Assembly: GCA_016181845.1 (NCBI GenBank)
Contig: JACOYO010000003.1
Coordinates: 16,185 to 80,184, forward strand
From: Parcubacteria group bacterium
GTDB lineage: Bacteria > Patescibacteriota > Minisyncoccia > Phycocordibacterales > 21-14-all-47-15
Length of the DNA: 64,000 bases
Reading direction: 5' to 3'
Part shown: one piece after another, positions 56,289-64,000 of the stretch
Layout: each line of letters begins with the position of its first letter
How positions within the stretch are numbered: position 1 is the first letter of the stretch
Made by a program: the position numbers and the translations under genes
The notes under the pieces: generated by a model
What the model was told of the DNA's origin: nothing
The model's input: only the letters and a program-made list of their open reading frames with translations
The model's database searches: none

Positions 56289-56518
56289 GTGAATTACGAA
56301 ACTCTCTTTTTGACACGGCCGCAGGGTTGAAAAGCGAAGAAGCTTTTCAAAACCTTTTGAGATATATTGCGAGTTTGAGAAGCAATATATCCAAAAGGTG
56401 TACTGCTCATGTAATGAGAGGAGCTTGGTTTTTGCGAAGCAAAATACGAGCCCGAGGACAAGCGAGGCCGCCGCTGGAAGCGGCCGAGCGGTGTCAAAAA
56501 GAGAGTTTCGTAATTCAC
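56289..56518. mobile_element. 230-bp MITE-like element
   Basis: 28-bp perfect terminal inverted repeats GTGAATTACGAAACTCTCTTTTTGACAC / GTGTCAAAAAGAGAGTTTCGTAATTCAC. Confidence 0.7.
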
Positions 56519-56559
56519 AGTTACAAACAGACGGATTATATGCAATAATGCTCTTATCT

Positions 56560-57813
56560 ATGGATTCAGTTCGCGACATTGCAACCCTAACCGCTCTTTT
56601 TTTCTCGCTTTATTTTGAGATTTTTATGCTGATTACCTATTTGGAACGCAGAAAAATCTTGCATGAACGAGTGCGCTTGCCAACAGATACACACGCTGGT
56701 CTTCCAGGGGTAACCATCATTGTGCCCTGCTACAACGAAGAAAACACGCTCACAAAGACAGTGGAGTCATTGCTAAATGTAGACTACCCGAAAGACAAAC
56801 TGCATATATTGGCAATCAACGATGGCTCCACCGATGATACCGCGCTCGTACTTAAAAAATATATCGGTCATCCGCAAATAAAAGTTATCAATAAAGAAAA
56901 CGGGGGCAAACACACGGTTCTCAACCTCGGCATCGCGCGCGCCACGACCGATTTTGTCGGCTGTCTTGATGCTGATTCATACGCCAAACCAGACGCACTT
57001 ATTCGTCTTATGCGGCGTTTTGAAAATCCTCTCGTCATGGCGGTAGTGCCGTCGCTCCACGTCTCAAGCGCGGAAACACTTATCCAAAAAATGCAGTTAG
57101 TGGAATATGTTATCGGCACCTTTTTGCGAAGCATTCTTGGCGAATTAAACGCGCTATACGTCACCCCGGGACCGTTTTCTATTTTCAGAAAAAGCGTATT
57201 TGAAACTATCGGCTATTACAAACAAGCGCACAACACCGAGGATATGGAAATGGCGCTCCGCATGCAATCGCACGGTCTCATGATTGCAAGCGCCCATGAT
57301 GCCGTCGTCTACACCTCATCGCCGCGCACTCCGAAAACGCTCTACCGCCAGCGCGTGCGGTGGGTGTCGGGCTTTCTAAATAATGTGCGGGATTACCGCC
57401 ACATGCTCTTTCGCTTTCGTTATGGACATATCGGCGGTTTTATTCTGCCAATGATGCTTCTTTCAACGGCAACGGTGTTGTTTGTTGTGTCTATGTTTGC
57501 TTATGATATTTTTCTGATAACAAAGGAGACCGTATTCCGTTTTGAAGCGCTCAATACGAAAATATTTGAATTGTCGCATCCAATATGGAACTGGTTTTTC
57601 TTTTACACCTCTCCCGCGCTATTCGCCGGAGCCGCCGTCTTTTTTGTACTGCTTTGTTTTATTATCATCGGAGCCACGCTATCAAAGAGCAATTACCGCC
57701 TTACGACATTTGACATCGCCTGCTACGCCTTCCTCTACTCGCTCATCGCGCCATTTTGGATTATTCGCTCGCTTGCAAATGTCGCCTTGCGCAAACAATC
57801 CGCGTGGCGATAA
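56560..57813 (+). CDS. Processive GT2 glycosyltransferase (PgaC/IcaA-like)
   Basis: VPCYNEE, NDGSTD, LDADS, TED, QRVRW; TM helices; start revised to 56560. Confidence 0.9.
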   Translation: MDSVRDIATLTALFFSLYFEIFMLITYLERRKILHERVRLPTDTHAGLPGVTIIVPCYNEENTLTKTVESLLNVDYPKDKLHILAINDGSTDDTALVLKKYIGHPQIKVINKENGGKHTVLNLGIARATTDFVGCLDADSYAKPDALIRLMRRFENPLVMAVVPSLHVSSAETLIQKMQLVEYVIGTFLRSILGELNALYVTPGPFSIFRKSVFETIGYYKQAHNTEDMEMALRMQSHGLMIASAHDAVVYTSSPRTPKTLYRQRVRWVSGFLNNVRDYRHMLFRFRYGHIGGFILPMMLLSTATVLFVVSMFAYDIFLITKETVFRFEALNTKIFELSHPIWNWFFFYTSPALFAGAAVFFVLLCFIIIGATLSKSNYRLTTFDIACYAFLYSLIAPFWIIRSLANVALRKQSAWR

Positions 57814-57825
57814 CCCTCTCATCAT

Positions 57826-58482
57826 ATGCAAAAAGATTGGAAAAAATACGCGCTCGCTCTCGCTATCACTGCCGCCATTTTTATCACCGCGATAAGCATC
57901 AGCTCGTTGATAGACAACAAACGAGTAGACGAAATCCGCTCAATGCAAGATTCTATCTCTTTGAGCATTCTTTCTTCTGAAACGCAATTCAATTTACTGA
58001 AACAGGCTTCGTGCGACGACCTTTTCAGCTCCGAGCTCGGAAAAGAATTGGGGGATATGTCCGACCGCCTTTCATACATGGAATCAGCGGGCCGCGGCGA
58101 AGACCCCGACATTATAATACTGAAGCAATATTATTCACTGCTTGAAATAAAAGATTATATTTTGATAAGCTCCGCAAATAAATGTAAACATCCGCCGACC
58201 ATCGTGCTCTATTTCTACCGTGCTGATTGCCCCGACTGCGACAAGCAGGGCGATGTGCTTACCTACATCCGCCAGCATTACCCCGACAATATCCGCATCT
58301 ATTCGTTTGATTATGATTTGAATGTTTCAGCAATAAAAACGCTCGCCACTCTTTATAAAATAAAAGAGCCGCTCCCGGCATTTGTCGTAAGCGGCAAAAC
58401 ATATAACGGCTTCCATTCCGTAGAAGACATGCAAACGCTCGTACCGCAACTCGCCACGACTAGTGTAGAAAAAGTGAAATAA
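57826..58482 (+). CDS. Membrane-anchored thioredoxin-fold protein
   Basis: N-terminal TM; LYFY...CPDC; LPAFVV. Confidence 0.7.
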   Translation: MQKDWKKYALALAITAAIFITAISISSLIDNKRVDEIRSMQDSISLSILSSETQFNLLKQASCDDLFSSELGKELGDMSDRLSYMESAGRGEDPDIIILKQYYSLLEIKDYILISSANKCKHPPTIVLYFYRADCPDCDKQGDVLTYIRQHYPDNIRIYSFDYDLNVSAIKTLATLYKIKEPLPAFVVSGKTYNGFHSVEDMQTLVPQLATTSVEKVK

Positions 58483-58484
58483 TT

Positions 58485-58994
58485 TTACCGCCCTGCTTTC
58501 TGCTGTTGTTTATACACAAAAAACCACAGATAGAGCGTAATGAGCAAAACGATATCGGGAATAAAAATTATCGGTTCCGACCAGGGAATGCCGTTGACTT
58601 CAAAATGAGAAACTGGCCAGAGGAACGGCGTCGGAAAAAAGGCGTATGAATGCGTGCCGATATCAAAAAGAATGTGGAGACCCCACGCGTACATCGGCAA
58701 AAACGGTTTGCCGAGCAATTTCCACACAATTAAAAATACAACGGCAAAAATAATAATACTGTGCGTGACATTATATAATTGCACTATATACTCGGGAATC
58801 ACTACGGTGCTCGGCGGCTCAACACCATTATTGAAATGCGGGAAGACCGCAAAACCAAAAAGCGCTACAACAAAAAATATCCCGAATGAAAATAAATCTG
58901 GCGCAATACCGAAGAAAAATGACTGCCAAAACTGGCGGCGTGTTCGCCTGCCAAACGCAAGCGACCCCCATAACCCGTGAGAAAGAATGTCCAT
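58485..58994 (-). CDS. Membrane-bound metal-dependent hydrolase (YdjM-like)
   Basis: MD..SH, APD, THS, LHILFDIGTH, FLWP. Confidence 0.75.
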   Translation of the reverse strand: MDILSHGLWGSLAFGRRTRRQFWQSFFFGIAPDLFSFGIFFVVALFGFAVFPHFNNGVEPPSTVVIPEYIVQLYNVTHSIIIFAVVFLIVWKLLGKPFLPMYAWGLHILFDIGTHSYAFFPTPFLWPVSHFEVNGIPWSEPIIFIPDIVLLITLYLWFFVYKQQQKAGR

Positions 58995-59060
58995 GGTTTA
59001 ATTATATCCTATTTTAGTCCACCAATCATAACTCCTGCGAAGGACGGTCCTTCACGGATT

Positions 59061-59289
59061 TCGGAGCCTAAGTTGTTCTAACTGCCCGACAGGGATTCGG
59101 TCACAAATAATTTTTTTACAAAAAATTTTCGCGACCCCGGCTCGGCCTCGACTTCTCCGCTTCGCTACGAAGTCGGCTTCGCGGCCTGCGCCTTTCTCAT
59201 CCCTGCGGCGCAGAGAACACCGAGAACACCCAAGTCTCCAATGCTCCGCATCGGAGCCTAAGTTGTTCTAACTGCCCGACAGGGATTCG
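59061..59289. repeat. 39-bp direct repeat containing tRNA-Gln 3' end (59061-59099, 59251-59289)
   Basis: TCGGAGCCTAAGTTGTTCTAACTGCCCGACAGGGATTCG twice, 190-bp period. Confidence 0.85.
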
Positions 59290-59430
59290 AACATTACATG
59301 TTCAGTACAGGTTTCCCATTTTTTCGCCATGCTTGCGAGCATGCCTCAAAAATATGGGAGAACCTTTTCGAATCCCTGACGAAAGTGCCATCGGGCACTT
59401 TCTTCCGTCATTTCTTCGCTTCGCTCCGAA

Positions 59431-59501
59431 CTGCCCGACAGGGATTCGAACCCCAATTAACGGCTTCAAAGGCCGCTGTCCTACCATTAGACGATCGGGC
59501 A
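59431..59501 (-). tRNA. tRNA-Gln(UUG), CCA not encoded
   Basis: TGCCCGA/TCGGGCA acceptor stem, GCGGC-CTTTGAA-GCCGT anticodon arm, GGTTCGAATCC T-arm, U1-A72 and G73. Confidence 0.95.
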
Positions 59502-59506
59502 ACAAA

Positions 59507-60559
59507 TTATTTTTCTTCTTTTTCTTCGCCTGCTATACGTATGAGTGCCAACTCAAGCGGCAATTCCGGAATGACAAATTTTCCGACCGACTGATACGCG
59601 GTGATAAGCTCCGAGAGCACTGCTGAATTGAGCGCCGCGGTCTTGTCTTTCGCCAAGCTCTCCGCAAACGCAAAGTCTTCGGCGGTCAATTCTTCTATAA
59701 TCGCCTCTTTCATATCCGTCGCGAAACGAAGCAAAAGCGCCGCGCGGAGCTTCTGCAAGATTAAATAAAGATAGAGCTTCATGTCAATACCGGCGCTTGC
59801 CGCCTTGCGCGCCGAGGCAATCCCCATACTTGCGTCTTTCCCCGCCACGGCTTTCACAAAATCATTCACTAATTCCGACGACGGCGCGCCGGTTATCATT
59901 TCAACATGCGCGTGCGGGATTTTTTTGCCTTCAGCCGAGCCAAGCACTTTTTGCAAAACGCCCTGCGCGTCGCGGAACGACCCTTCGCCCAAAAGCGCTA
60001 TCAGATCGGCCGACGCGCTCTCAAGCTTCACCCCTTCCTCTTCCGCCACTTTCGCAATCATTTTTTTCAAGATTGATTGTGTCGGCTTTTTGAAATGGTA
60101 GGTCTGACAGCGCGACACGATAGTTTCTGGCAGTTTGTGTAGTTCGGTCGTTGCCAAGATAAACACGGCGTGTGCCGGCGGCTCTTCTAGCGTCTTCAAC
60201 AGCGCGTTGAACGCTTCTTTGGTGAGCATATGTACTTCGTCAATAATGTAGACTTTGTATGGCGACTCAAACGGAAACGTACGCACTGATTCGCGCAATT
60301 CGCGGATATCATCAATCCCGCGGGTAGACGCCGCATCCATCTCATAGCAATCTTTGTCGGTGCACCCGATAGTCCGTGCCACAATCCGCGCGATGCTCGT
60401 CTTGCCCGTGCCTCGGGGCCCAGCAAAAAGATAAGCGTGGGCAATCTTGCCGGAAGCAAGCGCCCGCTCAAGGCCAGCGACCACATGTTCCTGCCCCAGC
60501 ACTTCTTTGAAGTTTTCTGGGCGATATTTGCGATATAATGCCAGTGCTATGTCAGCCAT
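59507..60559 (-). CDS. dnaX: DNA polymerase III gamma/tau subunit
   Basis: ALYRKYRP, GPRGTGKTS, IIDEVHML, FNALLKTLEEPP, SRCQ. Confidence 0.96.
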   Translation of the reverse strand: MADIALALYRKYRPENFKEVLGQEHVVAGLERALASGKIAHAYLFAGPRGTGKTSIARIVARTIGCTDKDCYEMDAASTRGIDDIRELRESVRTFPFESPYKVYIIDEVHMLTKEAFNALLKTLEEPPAHAVFILATTELHKLPETIVSRCQTYHFKKPTQSILKKMIAKVAEEEGVKLESASADLIALLGEGSFRDAQGVLQKVLGSAEGKKIPHAHVEMITGAPSSELVNDFVKAVAGKDASMGIASARKAASAGIDMKLYLYLILQKLRAALLLRFATDMKEAIIEELTAEDFAFAESLAKDKTAALNSAVLSELITAYQSVGKFVIPELPLELALIRIAGEEKEEK

Positions 60560-60632
60560 AACCGCCAGTATAACAAAAAAAACCGCACTTTTGAATGGTG
60601 CTGGGAGCGCCATTCAAAAGTGCGGCGTGTCT

Positions 60633-60872
60633 CTATTCGTGAAGGTAAATAATTTTCCATCCACGCGGAAGAGTAAGTTGATTCCTTGAAGCTTGATAGC
60701 AGGTATTGCATTGCAGAGAGTGCTTGATAACCTCATTGCTTTTCACAACGTTTTTGAAAAGGATTTTCCGCCCGCACTTCGTTACAAAAACGGTCTCCGG
60801 GTCATAATCTTTTGACCCATCTATCAAAACAATCGCATGAATGCGTGTTTGTTCCTCCGGATATTTCTTCAT
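60633..60872 (-). CDS. Small hypothetical protein, possible Zn finger
   Basis: H...TKCG...CNTC; lies downstream of the amidinotransferase gene. Confidence 0.45.
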   Translation of the reverse strand: MKKYPEEQTRIHAIVLIDGSKDYDPETVFVTKCGRKILFKNVVKSNEVIKHSLQCNTCYQASRNQLTLPRGWKIIYLHE

Positions 60873-60910
60873 TTTTTTCCACCATTTTCTTTTTCGTATT
60901 GGTAAAAAAA

Positions 60911-61771
60911 TTAAATATTCAGGGTCATACAATAAACCGACCCTCCGCCTTTTTTTATTTCTGCCATATCTGCTTCATACACGATAAACCCACGCGCTTT
61001 TAATTCATGGGAAAGTTTTCTCGTCCCCTTCGCCATGATGATATTATTTCCAATCGCGAGGAGATTACACCCAAACGCGCACGCGTCCGCTTCCGTCACT
61101 TCTATTTTATTTATCGGGAGCGCCGAGATAACGGTGAGAGATTCTTTATCAAAGGCCCCCGGATAATATACGAGCGCATCCTTTGTATCTACACCATCTC
61201 CTGATATCGGCATAAACGCCGTGTCAAGATGATAGAATCGCTCATCTACCAGTTTGAGCGGGATGATATCCGCTTCCATGCGTGCTTCATCAAGCGCGTA
61301 TTGAAGATGCGTCAACGTATCTTTCGGCGCACGAAATCCATGCCCAAAAAATAACTGATTGCCACAAAATATAGCTTCGCCGCCGCCCTCAAACGTCACT
61401 CCCATGGGCAACACGATTACCTCAAATCCGTTTTGCTCAAACCATTGCCGATAAAACTTCTGCTCATCCTGCCTCTCTCTGTGTTTGAATGAAGCAAGAA
61501 TGACCTGTTTCTTTTCGGAATCGCCATGCGATGGAAGCACAAGACCGGCGTTTCTGACAAAAAACATATCGGGCAAATCGGCTTGATGGTTAATGCAGGA
61601 AATGTGGGCATTACAAAATTCAATATACTTACACACTCCTTCCAATTCCATTTGGACCAGAGCATAATCAATAGTGTGTTTTTCTTTCATCCACACATTG
61701 ATATTTCTATAATCCTTAGGATACTGCAATAAATTACCCGGACACATGAGGATATTCGTTGCTTTTTCCAT
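60911..61771 (-). CDS. Amidinotransferase superfamily protein (DDAH/arginine deiminase-like)
   Basis: INVWM, PDMFFVRN, FEGGGE, FYHLDT, FGCN, KGGGSVYCMT. Confidence 0.88.
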   Translation of the reverse strand: MEKATNILMCPGNLLQYPKDYRNINVWMKEKHTIDYALVQMELEGVCKYIEFCNAHISCINHQADLPDMFFVRNAGLVLPSHGDSEKKQVILASFKHRERQDEQKFYRQWFEQNGFEVIVLPMGVTFEGGGEAIFCGNQLFFGHGFRAPKDTLTHLQYALDEARMEADIIPLKLVDERFYHLDTAFMPISGDGVDTKDALVYYPGAFDKESLTVISALPINKIEVTEADACAFGCNLLAIGNNIIMAKGTRKLSHELKARGFIVYEADMAEIKKGGGSVYCMTLNI

Positions 61772-61911
61772 AAGATGGCACCTCCATTGCTGTACAATTA
61801 TTCATTGTTATCAAACATCACCTTTCTTGTACGCTACAAGAAATAGATTATCGTGTCAAAAAAACCAGCGCTACACAATGTAGCGCTGGGAGGCATAAGA
61901 AAAAAATTAAA

Positions 61912-63288
61912 TTAGAGTATTTCCTTAAATCTTGCTTGGAAAAATCGGAGCGTTTGGGGCGCGTAAATCATCTTGAGTCCGCGAATTGCTCTGCGTTTTT
62001 TATACAGCGCGATAATACTATCGGCAACGTAATCCAGATGCTCGCGCGTATAAACACGACGCGGAATAGTTAGGCGCACAAGCTCCAAACCGTCGTATGG
62101 TTCATCACCATGCTGACCTGAAACGATCCCACGTTCCATACTGCGCACTCCTGATTCAGCGTATATCGCCGCGGCAAGCGCCTGCGCCGGAAATGCTTTT
62201 TGAGGAATGTGCGGCACAAATCGCTTCGCATCCAAAAATACCGCGTGCCCGCCGACAGGGGTCACAATCGGCACGCCAGATTTTTCCAGCCGCTCGCCCA
62301 GTGCTTCCACCTGCCCGACCCGATGCGCGATATAATCATCGTCGGTCATTTCTTGAATACCGCGCGCCATCGCCTCAAGGTCGCGCCCGGCAAGCCCGCC
62401 GTAAGTATGCAGGCCTTCCCAGATGACCACAAGCTCGCGCATTTTTTGAAACACTTTTTTGTCGCGCAATGCGATGAAGCCGCCGATGTTCACAAGCGCG
62501 TCTTTTTTTGCCGACACCGTCACCCCATCCGCAAACGAACAGATTTTTCGGACAATCTTTTTTACCGATGTGCACCGATATCCTTTTTCACGCTGTTGTA
62601 TGAAATACGCATTCTCCACCAGACGTGTTGCGTCAATATAGAGCGGAATATTATATTTTTTTGAAATCGCGCGCACGGATTGCAAATTTTTTATTGAGAA
62701 CGGCTGACCGCCAGCCATATTCACGCACGCTTCCATACTGATGTACGGGATTTTCACTCCTTCTTTTTTTGCTTTGAGAATAAGCGCGAGTAATTTTTTG
62801 GTATCAATGTTTCCTTTGAAAAGAGAGCTATTTCTTGGGTCAATCGCCTGCGCAACAGACACATCGTGCCATACCCCACCCGCGAGTTCTTGATGCGCGC
62901 GGCGTGTCGTGAAATAGAGATTATTTGGAATCCAGTCGCCTTTTCCGATAAGCGCTTTTGACATGATGTGCTCGGCGCCGCGGCCTTGATGCGTCGGCAC
63001 CGTATATGGAAATCCATACACTTCTGCGATTACTTCTTTCAAATGCGTGAAATTTTTACTCCCCGCATACGCTTCATCACCAAGCATCATACCCGCCCAT
63101 TGATTGTCCGACATGGCGCTCGTGCCTGAATCGGTGAGGAGGTCAATAAACACATCTTCAGATTGAAGTTCAAATGTGTTAAACCACGCTTCTTGTATCG
63201 CATGCTTACGTGCTTCGTGAGAAATGAGGCGAATCGGCTCTATTGATTTGATCTTAAACGGCGGCGGTAAGATAATCTTTTTGCCCAT
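61912..63288 (-). CDS. tpl: PLP beta-eliminating lyase, probably tyrosine phenol-lyase
   Basis: IDLLTDSGT, GDEAYAGS, THQGRGAE, SAKKD; TPL-type YFT, RSMERG and LRFF rather than tryptophanase-type EIG/LRHF. Confidence 0.82.
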   Translation of the reverse strand: MGKKIILPPPFKIKSIEPIRLISHEARKHAIQEAWFNTFELQSEDVFIDLLTDSGTSAMSDNQWAGMMLGDEAYAGSKNFTHLKEVIAEVYGFPYTVPTHQGRGAEHIMSKALIGKGDWIPNNLYFTTRRAHQELAGGVWHDVSVAQAIDPRNSSLFKGNIDTKKLLALILKAKKEGVKIPYISMEACVNMAGGQPFSIKNLQSVRAISKKYNIPLYIDATRLVENAYFIQQREKGYRCTSVKKIVRKICSFADGVTVSAKKDALVNIGGFIALRDKKVFQKMRELVVIWEGLHTYGGLAGRDLEAMARGIQEMTDDDYIAHRVGQVEALGERLEKSGVPIVTPVGGHAVFLDAKRFVPHIPQKAFPAQALAAAIYAESGVRSMERGIVSGQHGDEPYDGLELVRLTIPRRVYTREHLDYVADSIIALYKKRRAIRGLKMIYAPQTLRFFQARFKEIL

Positions 63289-63322
63289 AAGACACCTCCT
63301 TTGTCAAATAACGCTTTTGTCT

Positions 63323-64000
63323 TCAAACTATCTCTTTCATATCGTTTGTCAAATGAGCGCGGACTATCGTTTCTACCTCACGAGCGTCTTTTGCTTCCAT
63401 CAATTTCGTGCGCAATTCTTTTGCCCCATCAAACCCATTCACATACGCTTTGTAATGTTTTTTCATAATGGCAAAATTTTTATGCGCGCCGAGTTCTTTT
63501 TCAAAAAGTTTTGTATGCTCAACCATCACACGAAGTTTTTCTTCAATTGTAATCTCTTTTTGAATTTCCTTTTGTTTCGATAAACCTTGCGATATATCGC
63601 AAGGTTTTGATTTTGATTTTTTATCATCAGTCAGAATGTTGGACATCGGATGTCCAACATTTGCGAAAAGCCACGGGTTGCCGAATATTGCGCGTCCAAA
63701 CATAACACCGTCGGCGCCAGTCGCGCGCGCTTTTTCTTTAGCGTCTGCCATGTCTTTCACGTCGCCGTTTCCGATGATGAGCGCGCCAGTTCCCTTCGCA
63801 AGATCCACCGCACGCGCAACCCGATCCCACTGCGCCGGCGCTTTTGACATTTCTTTTCTCGTGCGCGCGTGAATCGTAAGCGCGGCGATACCGGTTTCCA
63901 AAAGTGCCGGAATCCACGCTTCCGTTTCGTCTTTGTTGTAGCCCACGCGCGTCTTAACCGACACCGGCAAATCACCGGCGCCCTCTTTTGCGGCATAAAT
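63323..64000 (-). CDS. dus: tRNA-dihydrouridine synthase (5' truncated by window)
   Basis: PVSVKTRVG, LTIHART, IIGNGDV, ADGVMFGRAIFGNPWLF, MKKHYKAY. Confidence 0.92.
   Translation of the reverse strand: MYAAKEGAGDLPVSVKTRVGYNKDETEAWIPALLETGIAALTIHARTRKEMSKAPAQWDRVARAVDLAKGTGALIIGNGDVKDMADAKEKARATGADGVMFGRAIFGNPWLFANVGHPMSNILTDDKKSKSKPCDISQGLSKQKEIQKEITIEEKLRVMVEHTKLFEKELGAHKNFAIMKKHYKAYVNGFDGAKELRTKLMEAKDAREVETIVRAHLTNDMKEIV

Noticed and set aside
56280-56579. ORFs spanning the TIR element and the extended GT2 N-terminus
   Set aside because: They arise from reading through the inverted-repeat element; GT2 more plausibly starts at 56560
59302-59626. Short ORFs over the tRNA
   Set aside because: Overlap a clear tRNA-Gln and dnaX

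Overview
64-kb bacterial chromosomal segment read in genetic code 11 (TGA used as stop). Compact core genes (rpoB-rpoC-dnaG-rpoD, uvrB/uvrA/short uvrC, tgt, typA, dnaX, sufB/sufU/sufC, dus, CCA-less tRNA-Gln) suggest a Patescibacteria/CPR, probably Parcubacteria-like, genome; this is an inference. Scattered among them are single accessory genes unusual for such organisms: glutamate dehydrogenase, SbmA, ALDH12-like P5C dehydrogenase, tyrosine phenol-lyase, amidinotransferase, FBPase I, a c-type cytochrome, a phage T5 A1-like nuclease and two degenerate DHFR-fold proteins. The most notable signals are non-coding. (1) A ~620-nt unit at 40.27-40.90 kb has tandem sigma70-type promoters, a boxA-like motif, many stems, a terminator and three Shine-Dalgarno-led micro-ORFs with Pro-rich ends. 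(2) Several REP-like palindrome families form mosaic clusters and also sit in-frame inside uvrC, tgt, dus and uvrB. (3) Duplicated tRNA-Gln 3' ends carry structured inserts. (4) Both cold-shock genes share a covarying 5'-UTR stem. (5) Gene starts fall into two classes: near-leaderless core genes and boxA+SD-led accessory genes. No CRISPR array, rRNA, transposase, integrase or reverse transcriptase was seen. All protein calls come from motif recognition by eye; no database searches were run.
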